A stretch of DNA of 28,347 nucleotides from Candidatus Undinarchaeota archaeon (GCA_964636545.1 CAZWSR010000009.1:1-28347), one strand, 5' to 3'; numbered from the stretch's first letter, positions 16,615 through 25,645 are shown. The notes: generated by a model not told the origin, from the sequence alone. Translations and numbers: made by a program.

Positions 16615-17255
16615 ATGAATTACTTTTAAAATTTGGAAGAGATTTCACAACAGTTAATTTGAATCCTGGAACAAAAGTTTATGGTGAGCGGATTCTCAAG
16701 AAAGGCGGAAAAGAGTGCCGAGTGTGGGATCCATACAGGTCAAAATTAGCAGCTGCTCTACGGAATGGTTTGAAAGAATTTCCATTTAAAAAAGATTCAA
16801 AAGTTCTTTATTTAGGTGCTGCAAATGGAACTACTGTGTCACATATTTCTGATTTGTGTCCAAATGGAATGGTTTTTGGAGTTGAATTTTCACCAAAGCC
16901 AATGATTGATTTTTATTTGCTTGCTCAGGAGCGAAAAAATATTGCACCTATTTTGGAAAGCGCAAATCATACAGATGCTTATAAAGATGTTGTTCCAAAA
17001 GTTGATATTATTTATGAGGACGTTGCTCAGAAAACTCAGCTTGATATTTTGAAAAAGAATGCTGAAATGTTCTTGAAAAAAGGCGGTTATGTTTTCTTAA
17101 TGATTAAAGCAAGATCAATTGATGTAACACGAAGCCCGCAAAAGATTTTCAATGAAATTGCTAATCACATGTATACACACTTTAAGGTTATTGAAAGAAT
17201 TGATCTGGGTCCTTTTGAGAAAGATCATATGTGTTTGGTTGGGAAATACGAATAA
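16611..17255 (+). CDS. flpA: Fibrillarin-like rRNA/tRNA 2'-O-methyltransferase
   Basis: VYGER, WDPYRSKLAA, VLYLGAANGTTVSH, DVAQ and IKARSIDVT motifs; ATGA-coupled to nop5. Confidence 0.97.
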   Translation: MNELLLKFGRDFTTVNLNPGTKVYGERILKKGGKECRVWDPYRSKLAAALRNGLKEFPFKKDSKVLYLGAANGTTVSHISDLCPNGMVFGVEFSPKPMIDFYLLAQERKNIAPILESANHTDAYKDVVPKVDIIYEDVAQKTQLDILKKNAEMFLKKGGYVFLMIKARSIDVTRSPQKIFNEIANHMYTHFKVIERIDLGPFEKDHMCLVGKYE

Positions 17256-17299
17256 AATTCTCTTTAATTTCATTCAGATTTATTCACCTAACAAACTTA

Positions 17300-17542
17300 C
17301 TACTTCTTTCCTAGTATCAGTTTCTTAGTCCACCAGAAAATTGCTGAAACCATAAATGTTACAACTGCAAGGCAAATTAGTTTTATAATTATCCAACCTA
17401 GTATAAAACCACAACCATGTCCGCCGCCAGCCATTTTTGCTCCAACCATTCCAGTTACAAGCTCTGGGCTTCCGTATTGAGCAATTCCTAAAATACCTAG
17501 AACCACTAATGCAGATAATCCAAGAACAATTTTTTTGTCCAT
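17300..17542 (-). CDS. Small membrane protein (two hydrophobic segments)
   Basis: 80 aa; TATA-like sequence about 25 nt upstream. Confidence 0.65.
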   Translation of the reverse strand: MDKKIVLGLSALVVLGILGIAQYGSPELVTGMVGAKMAGGGHGCGFILGWIIIKLICLAVVTFMVSAIFWWTKKLILGKK

Positions 17543-17649
17543 AAGCTGTCTAGCTATTTTGAATATATAAGGTTTCGTAATGTTTATTCAAAAATTAAAA
17601 CGATCACACAAAGCAAATACTTATTAATAAATAGCATCATTTCAATTAT

Positions 17650-18609
17650 ATGGGACTACTAAATCGTCTTTTTGGTTCAACAGAATCTATTGCAATAGAA
17701 ATTAAAGAAGGTGAAGAATTTATTATTAAACACTGGAAAGATTATCTTGCTACTATTCCTAAAAAAAAGAAAATCATTAACAAGTTAAGTTTAGGTGATA
17801 AATTTCAAAGCAATCTGCAAGAATTAGAAAAATTATTAAAGTTGGAATTAGTGGATATTTCTGATGAAGAAAAAGAAGAATTAGAACTAATATCTGATTT
17901 AGATGCAATGGGACATTCTGAAAAAATAGAAAGGGTGCATACATTAGCACGGTGTTTGGGGTATGCAGCAACAAAATACAAATATGCGCATAAATTATTA
18001 GATACATTACATTCAATTTTAAAATCTCAGATGCATTTAGTGGAAAAACTGCAAAAGGAATCAAAAAAGAATGAGGAATTAATATCACATTTCAAATCAC
18101 AATTTGAATTAGAATTTGAAATACAGAATAAGATAAAGAAATTAGAAACATTTCGCAGCTGGAGATTTTCTGATTCAGTAAAGGAAAAAACAAGAGAAAT
18201 ATTCCATAACTTGTTTTTGGCAGTTGTTACAGGAGAAAAAATCATTAGTACTATGAATTCTGAAGAGGAAAAGCTACTTGAAAAAATGCAGGAGACATTT
18301 AATAAAGTAGCATCTGGCGAGATTAAGAGCGGAATATTACATAAGTGGGCAGTGACTGTTTTGGTTGGGATTGAAGATAAGGTTCATGAAGCAGTTGTTA
18401 CTGGAATGTTTCGCGGTTATCAACCAGACAGTGATTTTGAATATGTAAACCGGCCTGAATTTATTGATTTAGTAAAAGAAAGTATGCCACAGCAAGAACT
18501 AGTAAGAAACTCAAAGCAAAGGATTAATGTTTTTGTTCATTTATTTAGAGAATGGTATAACCATGTTCCCTCATTTAGAGAATTGTATACTCCTAAGACA
18601 ATAATTTGA
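17650..18609 (+). CDS. Hypothetical helical/coiled-coil protein
   Basis: 319 aa Glu/Lys/Leu-rich ORF; TGATG-coupled to the next gene. Confidence 0.7.
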   Translation: MGLLNRLFGSTESIAIEIKEGEEFIIKHWKDYLATIPKKKKIINKLSLGDKFQSNLQELEKLLKLELVDISDEEKEELELISDLDAMGHSEKIERVHTLARCLGYAATKYKYAHKLLDTLHSILKSQMHLVEKLQKESKKNEELISHFKSQFELEFEIQNKIKKLETFRSWRFSDSVKEKTREIFHNLFLAVVTGEKIISTMNSEEEKLLEKMQETFNKVASGEIKSGILHKWAVTVLVGIEDKVHEAVVTGMFRGYQPDSDFEYVNRPEFIDLVKESMPQQELVRNSKQRINVFVHLFREWYNHVPSFRELYTPKTII

Positions 18610-19568
18610 TGACACGAGATAAACTAGTATTAGATATAATTCAAACCCTTGAAGAAAATGGGTTTTCAGTAGCTCGCCAATTAGCTCCAAGTTGTTTTGA
18701 TATTCTTGCTCGAAAAGGAGACTCAATCCTTCTCCTGAAAGTTCTTGTAAATATTGATTCTTTATATCAAGATCAGTCAGAAGATTTACTCAGGATTTCA
18801 AATGTTCTAGAAGCTTCTCCATTAATAATTGGAATAACTGGATTAGGTGACCATTTACGTGATCACACAATTTATGAACGTTATGGAATTCCTGCAATTA
18901 GTGCTTTAACTTTTCAGGAAACAATGATGGGTGGCAAGCTCCCTTTTGTTTATGCAAAACGCGGTGGTTTCTATGCTCACATAAATGCTGATTTCCTGAA
19001 AAAGCTTAGGGAGAAAAAGAAACTTTCACTTGGGGATGTTGCACGCGAAGCAGGTATTTCTAAAACAACTGTTGAAAATTATGAAAAAGGGGAAGGCGCT
19101 GACATTGAAAATATTCTGCGGATTCAGGAAGCACTTGGTGAACTTATTATTGATCCAATTAATGTTTTTAGCTTTGAAATTGGTTCAGGGGCTCAGGGGC
19201 GCGGGGGCCCAGGAGCTCAGATAGAAGAGCCAATAGCTAAAAGCCAAGAACCTTTTGAAAAATCAATAACTGGTCAGCTGAGTGATATTGGTTTCAAAAC
19301 AACTTCTGTAACAAAAGCTTCATTCAGCATGATTGGAAAACATGGAAAAGATATTTTGCTAACTGGTTTAAAGCAACAGCAAATTCAGAAAAAGGCACAA
19401 GATATTCATGATACAGCCAATACTTTGGAACAGCACGGCATGTTTGTTTTCCAGAAAAAGAAAGATACAAGCATTGCTGGAGTTCCTATTTTAGAAAAAA
19501 GTGAATTGGAAGATGTTATTACAAGTCGGGAATTAATTAAGATTTTGAAGGAATTAGAAGAAGAATAA
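18609..19568 (+). CDS. Conserved archaeal HTH (cro/C1-type) transcriptional regulator, COG1395-like
   Basis: SCFDILAR, LLLKVLVNID, YERYGIPAI, AKRGGFY and central HTH LSLGDVAREAGISKTTVENYEKG. Confidence 0.88.
   Translation: MTRDKLVLDIIQTLEENGFSVARQLAPSCFDILARKGDSILLLKVLVNIDSLYQDQSEDLLRISNVLEASPLIIGITGLGDHLRDHTIYERYGIPAISALTFQETMMGGKLPFVYAKRGGFYAHINADFLKKLREKKKLSLGDVAREAGISKTTVENYEKGEGADIENILRIQEALGELIIDPINVFSFEIGSGAQGRGGPGAQIEEPIAKSQEPFEKSITGQLSDIGFKTTSVTKASFSMIGKHGKDILLTGLKQQQIQKKAQDIHDTANTLEQHGMFVFQKKKDTSIAGVPILEKSELEDVITSRELIKILKELEEE
19183..19252. repeat. In-frame octamer plus heptamer arrays in the HTH regulator linker
   Basis: gttcaggg-gctcaggg-gcgcgggg-gcccagga-gctcag ... agccaat-agctaaa-agccaag-aacc. 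Confidence 0.7.
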
Positions 19569-20753
19569 TTATTGCACAAACCCCAATAAAACATCCTGCG
19601 CTTTCTGCTTAACCATTTCCCTATTCTTTTCTTCACAATAAACACCAATATTCCAATAACTCCATTGTGCTGCTCGCAAAGCTTTCAAAAGTGGTGAAAC
19701 TTCTTCAATTGGTATTGGAACTCCTTTATACAAAATCTCAGCAGTTGCTTCTGAAGCATATAATGGGTCTGGAATATCCAGCAAAAGTTCTCCATCTTTC
19801 AGATCACATGTTTCAGTTAATTCAATTTTCAATGCATCAAGTTTATCTTTTTGTAAAGTAAGTAATTTTTTATAACCTGGTCCAATTTCTTCTCGAGTCA
19901 AACTAATTGCACTTTTGTAAAGTTTCCTGTGTTCAAGCCGTTGCATCATTTCTCCTGAAAAAGTTGTTTGAAGCCGCAATCGTGAAATCAATTCAATATC
20001 ATCCATGTTGTAAAGATCTTCAACTGAAAACAAGCCTTCTTGCAAACATTCAACAAGTGCAGCTGAGAACATTGCATCGCAAATACGGGTTGTGTGGTGC
20101 TGATAAACTGCAGGATACATCAGATAACGTGCAAAAACAAGGGCTTCTATTGCTGAAAGTCCGTTTTCCTTGATGCGAAGCTTGCCTTTGTGAAGAGTAG
20201 CAGTATGCATTAGTCTTTCTAAGTCAATTACGCCATATGCTGCGCCTGTGTAGTAAGCATCTCGAACAAGATAATCCATTCTATCAACATCAATTTCACT
20301 TGCAACAATTTCACCAAGAGGCAGTTTTTTACCAACTGAAATCTCTGCAATTTCTTTTGGATTGAATCCATGTTTTTCAAGTAAATCTGAAATTATACTT
20401 GTTTTAATGATCTCAACTGTTTTTGCTTCATGAACAACATTGACATGATCGCTAATTGCAGTTTCAGATGTGTGCGAAAATGGTCCATGCCCAATATCGT
20501 GTAGCAATGCAGCCATCTTCACTTTTTGAGCATCATTTTCTTTTAATCCAGAATATCTTGAAAGTTTCTCAGCAAGATAATATGCTCCTAATGAATGTTC
20601 AAAACGAGTATGCGTTGCTGTTGGATAAACAAGATATGTAAAACCAAGTTGTTTCACTCCGCGCAATCTCTGCATTTCTGAAGTGTCCAGAAGCTCTAAG
20701 CTAATTTCATCAATTCCAATTGTTCCATGAATTGCGTCTCGGATAGTTTTCAT
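19569..20753 (-). CDS. HD-domain phosphohydrolase (dNTP triphosphohydrolase-like, COG1078)
   Basis: IRDAIHG, QRLRGVKQLG, HTRFEHSLG, ALLHDIGHGPFSH and DVDRMDYLVRD motifs. Confidence 0.92.
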   Translation of the reverse strand: MKTIRDAIHGTIGIDEISLELLDTSEMQRLRGVKQLGFTYLVYPTATHTRFEHSLGAYYLAEKLSRYSGLKENDAQKVKMAALLHDIGHGPFSHTSETAISDHVNVVHEAKTVEIIKTSIISDLLEKHGFNPKEIAEISVGKKLPLGEIVASEIDVDRMDYLVRDAYYTGAAYGVIDLERLMHTATLHKGKLRIKENGLSAIEALVFARYLMYPAVYQHHTTRICDAMFSAALVECLQEGLFSVEDLYNMDDIELISRLRLQTTFSGEMMQRLEHRKLYKSAISLTREEIGPGYKKLLTLQKDKLDALKIELTETCDLKDGELLLDIPDPLYASEATAEILYKGVPIPIEEVSPLLKALRAAQWSYWNIGVYCEEKNREMVKQKAQDVLLGFVQ

Positions 20754-21562
20754 TAAAACATTTCAGAAAAACCTTTTGGGTCTTTCAATTTTTTAGCAAC
20801 AATTGCTTCAGCATCTTTGCTAGTTTGGAATCTGAATTGGCCAGCTGTATCTTCAACTGCGTCCACATATGCTTGTGCAGCATCTTTGGAGGTTTGTCCA
20901 TCTTTCAACATTCCTCCAATACTTTCAAAGAATTTGTCTATTGCTTTATCATATGGATTTTCATTAAGTTTCCTAGTTCCTTTTATCATGTCCTTGTTGA
21001 AGTTGGTTGCAACTGGTCCCGGTTCTACAATTTTTACATCAATTCCATGTGATTTAAGTTCCACTTGCAATGTTTCACTCATTCCCTCAAGTGCGAATTT
21101 TGTTGAAACATAAGCAGACATAAATGAAAAGCCGAAGATTCCAGCAATACTACTGACATTTATTATTCGTCCTGATTTCTGTTTTCGCATATATGGTAAA
21201 ACTTCTTGAATACAGCGAAGTGTTCCAAAATAATTTACATCAAATTGTTTTTGAAATTCTTCAATTGTTAATGTTTCAACTGCACCTGCAACACCGAATC
21301 CAGCATTGTTTATCAAAACATCAATCTTGCCATCGTTTTTAATAATTGTATCAACAGCTTTCTTGATTGTTGCTGGTTTTGTAACATCAAGTTCAAGACA
21401 AGTTATTCCGCATCCCGCTTTTTTAGCGCATTCTTGAACTGTTGATTCAGAATCTAATTTGTGCAGGGTAGCGTACACTTTGTGTCCTTTTCCTGCGAGC
21501 AGAAGAGCTGCTTCTAAGCCCATTCCACTTGAACAACCAGTTATTAGGATTATTTTTGCCAT
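20753..21562 (-). CDS. Short-chain dehydrogenase/reductase
   Basis: ITGCSSGMG, INNAG, YVSTK and VEPG motifs. Confidence 0.93.
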   Translation of the reverse strand: MAKIILITGCSSGMGLEAALLLAGKGHKVYATLHKLDSESTVQECAKKAGCGITCLELDVTKPATIKKAVDTIIKNDGKIDVLINNAGFGVAGAVETLTIEEFQKQFDVNYFGTLRCIQEVLPYMRKQKSGRIINVSSIAGIFGFSFMSAYVSTKFALEGMSETLQVELKSHGIDVKIVEPGPVATNFNKDMIKGTRKLNENPYDKAIDKFFESIGGMLKDGQTSKDAAQAYVDAVEDTAGQFRFQTSKDAEAIVAKKLKDPKGFSEMF

Positions 21563-21641
21563 AAAAGGTGTAAAGAATACAGGTTTTTAAAGTAATTGGT
21601 CTTTAGGTAGATTAAAATACTCAAAACTGTATTGTTTTGAT

Positions 21642-22289
21642 ATGTCCAAAGTAGAAATGCCAATGTTTGGAAACTTTTTTGTATATAAAAATAAAGGTGT
21701 TTTTATTACAGGTGATGAAGATATTGGTAAAGGGAGCATTGTTCTTGAGATGCATGATGAAAAAGGAGCACAGGTAAGTCTAACTGAAGCGCATTTTTTT
21801 ACTTTTTTAGATAAAAAATCGGTTGTTGTTGCAAATCCAATACATCCTGATGATGTTATAAATAATGATTTGATAAAAACATTAGTAAAAAGACTGAACG
21901 GGTTTTCTATTGAGAACAAAACGGAAAAAATAAAGAATATTTTAGAAAAAGAATTTAAACAACCGCCAAATTTGATATATCCAGGTATTGAATTAACACA
22001 TTTTATTTTTCTTGTTAAAGAAGAAACAAAAGATAAAACAAAAAAACCAGAATTTATAAAATATAATTCCTTTTCTGAATGGGAAAGGTCTGGTTGTACA
22101 TATGAGGCTGCTAAGAAAAGTAAGGCAGAGGTTATGTTTAATGAAATAATACGGTTGCTTTTTCAACATAAAATTCAAATATGTAAACTTGTAAAACCTG
22201 TTTACACACAACTTTTTAAAAACTCAAAAATTACACAGTATTATCTAAAAGAAACTGCTGATTTACTTGAAAAAGAATTAAAAAAATAA
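21642..22289 (+). CDS. Hypothetical protein with degenerate HPr-kinase-like P-loop
   Basis: KGVFITGDEDIGKGSIVLEM resembles HprK GVLITG.SG.GKS..ALEL. Confidence 0.55.
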   Translation: MSKVEMPMFGNFFVYKNKGVFITGDEDIGKGSIVLEMHDEKGAQVSLTEAHFFTFLDKKSVVVANPIHPDDVINNDLIKTLVKRLNGFSIENKTEKIKNILEKEFKQPPNLIYPGIELTHFIFLVKEETKDKTKKPEFIKYNSFSEWERSGCTYEAAKKSKAEVMFNEIIRLLFQHKIQICKLVKPVYTQLFKNSKITQYYLKETADLLEKELKK

Positions 22290-22308
22290 TTTGTAGAACA
22301 ATATTTTC

Positions 22309-23280
22309 CTAAAACCAAATAACAGCATCAATAGCATTGTCACTCAATTTAAAATTCTCTGGTTTTAAAATTACTTCATCTTCAAGATTGCATCCACCTG
22401 TAAATGCGCCCTTATCTCCAATATAAACACCACTTTCATGTACTGCTAAGTGGCTTAGTATTATGTGTACGTGAATAATATTAACTGATTGGCGATCTGG
22501 TACTGAAACGCCTTCCCACAGCTGTTCAATTTCCATCAGCATTTTAAGAGCTGATTTAAGTACAGATATTTTATCTATAAAAATAAAACTTCCAACATAA
22601 TGTTCTTGATTACATTTTCGTTTATATTCTTCTACAAATTCTTTAAAAGAATTTATTTTTTTAGCATCATCCCACTTTCTACAATCTGTCAATTGTTTTG
22701 CTTTGTTATAATTTTCTGTCCAAGAACTACCTTTACCAAGCTTATTTTCATTTACCAAAGCAATGGCTTTTTCTAAAGTGTATTTTTTACCTCTAAACAG
22801 GATACCTCCCATATATTTTGCTTTCCATAATGCTTCAAATTGTTCTTTTGCTAAAGAATGTCCATAGTAAATATTTGTAACTGTTTCAATAATCTTATTA
22901 CGTTTTTCAAAGTTTTCCGCGCCTATGCGTTTGAGCGCGATATTAGATAAAATTATCATTATTATGAGGGCAAACAATGAAACAACAAATCTTTGTGGTT
23001 TATCATCTAATTTCCATTTAATATGGTCATTAAATTTTTTTGCTAATTCCTCATCTTCAAAAACATCTTCAAGCCAATTATTTGTAACTCGTATAAGCTC
23101 ATCTGTTAATTCTTCTAAATTATTTTCACCTGTTTTTACATTATATTTGAATTTCTTTTCTACTATTGAAAGATAAAATCTTCTAAGTGAATATTCTACT
23201 TCTCCCTCTCTTGTTATTAGCATTAGTAATCTTGAATAATCTGCACGCCAATAAAGTGGCCCACCCAAAAGTTCTTTCAA
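22309..23280 (-). CDS. Hypothetical protein, putative R-S-E ADP-ribosyltransferase; true start probably 23437 across an A9 frameshift
   Basis: ILFRG ... GSSWTENYNKA ... LEDEVILKP in canonical order; reading frame stays open upstream of the TTG to the poly-A tract. Confidence 0.6.
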   Translation of the reverse strand: MKELLGGPLYWRADYSRLLMLITREGEVEYSLRRFYLSIVEKKFKYNVKTGENNLEELTDELIRVTNNWLEDVFEDEELAKKFNDHIKWKLDDKPQRFVVSLFALIIMIILSNIALKRIGAENFEKRNKIIETVTNIYYGHSLAKEQFEALWKAKYMGGILFRGKKYTLEKAIALVNENKLGKGSSWTENYNKAKQLTDCRKWDDAKKINSFKEFVEEYKRKCNQEHYVGSFIFIDKISVLKSALKMLMEIEQLWEGVSVPDRQSVNIIHVHIILSHLAVHESGVYIGDKGAFTGGCNLEDEVILKPENFKLSDNAIDAVIWF

Positions 23281-23495
23281 GATGTTTTCAGAAAAATAAG
23301 ATGTTGCAACAGGAATACTATGTCTTTCTTCAATCCATTTTTCAAGAAGCTCATCCAGTTTTCCAATATTTTTTTTTGAGTAATTTGTCTATATTTTGAA
23401 TTACACCTTTAAATGCACGATTTTTTATTTGTATCATATTGATAATGTTTACTTGTTTTCTATCTTTAAATTACTTTCTTTAAGTGAAAAAGTAG

Positions 23496-23581
23496 TGCGG
23501 GGGGAGAGATTCGAACTCTCGAAAGCACTAAGCTACAGGATCTTAAGTCCTGCCCATTTGACCAAGCTCTGGTACCCCCGC
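23496..23581 (-). tRNA. tRNA-Leu (UAA)
   Basis: Cloverleaf with GCGGGGG/CCCCCGC acceptor, CAGGA-CU UAA GA-UCCUG anticodon arm, long variable arm and GUUCGAAUC T arm; CCA not encoded. Confidence 0.95.
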
Positions 23582-23688
23582 GTTGGGTGTCATGCTCAAG
23601 CAAAACTTGAACAAACATTTTTATTACATTTATGCTCCTGTTTGCGCTGAGTTTCGTCAGAGAGGCGACACACAACGCGGAGCGGAAT

Positions 23689-23764
23689 TGGTAGCCCCGA
23701 GCGGATTCGAACCGCTGTCATCAGCTCCAAAGGCTGGCATGATTGACCACTACACTACGGGGCT
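23689..23764 (-). tRNA. tRNA-Gln (UUG)
   Basis: A1-U72 pair typical of archaeal tRNA-Gln, CU UUG GA loop, GGUUCGAAUCC and encoded CCA; C27-A43 mismatch. Confidence 0.95.
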
Positions 23765-23836
23765 ATTTTATTTATCTTAGATTTTGAAAATAGTTAACAC
23801 TACCTACTTAAGAACTTTCTGTTAAAAATTTTTAAA

Positions 23837-24298
23837 TTAAAAAGTCCCTGTTCGGGCTATTCGGTTCCACTGCACAGGACCTTGTTGGCCCATTTGTTCT
23901 AATAACGTATTGAACAGACCTTCAGTTACAAGTTTTGCATCTGATGTGCCGTGCTGGTCCATGCTTTTAACAAGCAGACCATCTTTGTCTTTTCTAATTC
24001 CTTTTAGGAGTGTCATTTCAAATCGTGTAATAAATGGTCGTTTTCCCATGAGTTTTCTTCGATCTCCACTCAATTTACCACTGTATTTCTTGTAATTAAA
24101 GCCTTCAAAAACGCCGCCTTTTTGTCCTTTTCCAGATTCTGTTTCTTCAACTGAAACATGGTCTGGGCGGATCTTGTTTCTTTTTAGAACATCCTTTAGT
24201 AAAGAGCTCATCTCGCCCTTTTTAATCAGGGTTTCTAGATGTTTAATTGCATCTCCCTGTTTTGGTATGAAACTCAAATGAAAATTTGGTCCTTCCAT
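23837..24298 (-). CDS. Hypothetical protein
   Basis: 153 aa ATG-started ORF, divergent from trm56; no recognised motif. Confidence 0.6.
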   Translation of the reverse strand: MEGPNFHLSFIPKQGDAIKHLETLIKKGEMSSLLKDVLKRNKIRPDHVSVEETESGKGQKGGVFEGFNYKKYSGKLSGDRRKLMGKRPFITRFEMTLLKGIRKDKDGLLVKSMDQHGTSDAKLVTEGLFNTLLEQMGQQGPVQWNRIARTGTF

Positions 24299-24336
24299 AG
24301 TACTAATATAGGTGTAAAGTGTTACTTTTATACCTT

Positions 24337-24846
24337 ATGGTAAGCGTTACTGTGTTTCGATTAGAACATCGCGCTGTTAGGGACAAGCGCATTAGCACGC
24401 ACGTTGCTCTTGTAGCTCGCGCTTTTGGGGCTGATGGGATTTTTTACAGTGGTGACAAGGATTCTGAAATGGAAAAGAGTGTTAATGATATTGTAGCTTC
24501 TTGGGGCGGACCATTTAATATTGAACATGTTGATAGTTATCGAAAATTTATCAAAGGTTTCAAAGGTGAGAAGTTGCATTTGACAATGTATGGACTTCCG
24601 TACAAAACTGAATTAAAGAAATTGAATAAAACAAAAGACAAATTAATTATTGTTGGTGGTGGTAAAGTTCCATTTGAAGTTTATGAAATGTCTGATAAAA
24701 ATATTGCTGTTACAAGCCAGCCGCATAGTGAAGTTGCTGCTCTTGGTGTTTTTCTTGAGCATTTGAATGGCGAAAAGAAAAGTTTTGAAGATGCTAAACA
24801 AAGTATTAAACCGCAAGTCTGCGGGAAGGATGTTGTTAAAAAATAA
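24337..24846 (+). CDS. trm56: tRNA (cytidine-56 2'-O)-methyltransferase (SPOUT)
   Basis: RLEHRAVRDKRISTHVALVARAFGA, WGG.F, HLTMYG and QPHSEVAAL motifs. Confidence 0.95.
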   Translation: MVSVTVFRLEHRAVRDKRISTHVALVARAFGADGIFYSGDKDSEMEKSVNDIVASWGGPFNIEHVDSYRKFIKGFKGEKLHLTMYGLPYKTELKKLNKTKDKLIIVGGGKVPFEVYEMSDKNIAVTSQPHSEVAALGVFLEHLNGEKKSFEDAKQSIKPQVCGKDVVKK

Positions 24847-24851
24847 GATCA

Positions 24852-25634
24852 TTATTCACTCATTATCCCATTAATTCCAACAATAATTTTCTTTAATGGA
24901 ATTTCTTGTCCAGAGTCACTTAATGCCTGTTCTACTGCATCATAAAGCCCATAACAGCATGGAACTTCCATTATTGCAACAGTAATTGTTTTTAGATTAT
25001 TCATTTTTATAATTGATTGGATCTTTTCTTTATATCCAGAAATATCATCAAGTTTTGGACAGCCAATAGCAATACTTTTCCCTTTTAACAGTGTGTTATG
25101 CAAATTAGGGTTTGCAAATCCAACACAGTCAGCTGATATTAATAAATCAGAATTTTGGAAAAAAGGCACATTTGGTGGCAATAAATTCAACTGGATTGGC
25201 CATTGTTTTAATTGAGAGGTTTGTTCCTTGCTAGTTTGATCTGGTTCAGCATCAGGTTCCTCTCTTAAATCCCTGACCATTGTTCCTGGGCAACCGCAGG
25301 GAAGCTCTTTTGGTTTTTCTTCAGTTGGTTTTGCCTTTTCTTCAAGTGGATTTTCTTCTAGTTCAGGTTTTCCAATATCTTTCAGATGCGTGTTAGTTGC
25401 TTTAAAATCAAATTCTTCAACATCCCGTTCAATAATCTTAATAGCATCCTGTGGACAATGGCCTAAACAATTTCCTAGGCCATCGCAATAGATATCTTTT
25501 ACTAACTTTGCTTTACCATCAACTATTTGCAAAGCTCCTTCGTGGCATGACGTTATACATAAGCCGCATCCATCACATTTTTCTTCATCTATCTCTACTA
25601 TACTTCTCTTTACCATAGTTCTTTTCACTAACAT
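24852..25634 (-). CDS. 4Fe-4S ferredoxin-domain protein with C-terminal Cys-rich domain (type often found near hcp/stress genes)
   Basis: CDGCGLCITSC, CDGLGNCLGHCP, CGCPG, WPIQL, ADC, GCPKLD and MEVPCC motifs; start may be 25616. Confidence 0.85.
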   Translation of the reverse strand: MLVKRTMVKRSIVEIDEEKCDGCGLCITSCHEGALQIVDGKAKLVKDIYCDGLGNCLGHCPQDAIKIIERDVEEFDFKATNTHLKDIGKPELEENPLEEKAKPTEEKPKELPCGCPGTMVRDLREEPDAEPDQTSKEQTSQLKQWPIQLNLLPPNVPFFQNSDLLISADCVGFANPNLHNTLLKGKSIAIGCPKLDDISGYKEKIQSIIKMNNLKTITVAIMEVPCCYGLYDAVEQALSDSGQEIPLKKIIVGINGIMSE

Positions 25635-25645
25635 ATGCTGTGTTC

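Noticed and set aside
19173-19260. tttgaaa direct repeat as target-site duplication of the HTH-linker insertion
   Set aside because: A common AT-rich 7-mer (Phe-Glu codons), and removing the 27 codons would probably leave too short a linker.
21600-23495. Integrated mobile element at tRNA-Leu
   Set aside because: No integrase and no duplicated tRNA 3' fragment found; only orphan genes.
23634-23683. Hammerhead ribozyme (CUGACGA on minus strand)
   Set aside because: No stem II followed by a separate GAAA and no stem III/UH geometry; the CUGA pairs locally with UCAG.
23721-23737. tRNA-Gln C27-A43 mismatch as editing or pseudogene signal
   Set aside because: Single mismatches at the top of the anticodon stem are tolerated and the rest of the tRNA is canonical.
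23396-23780. Short ORFs overlapping the tRNAs
   Set aside because: Explained by GC-rich tRNA sequence; no coding evidence.
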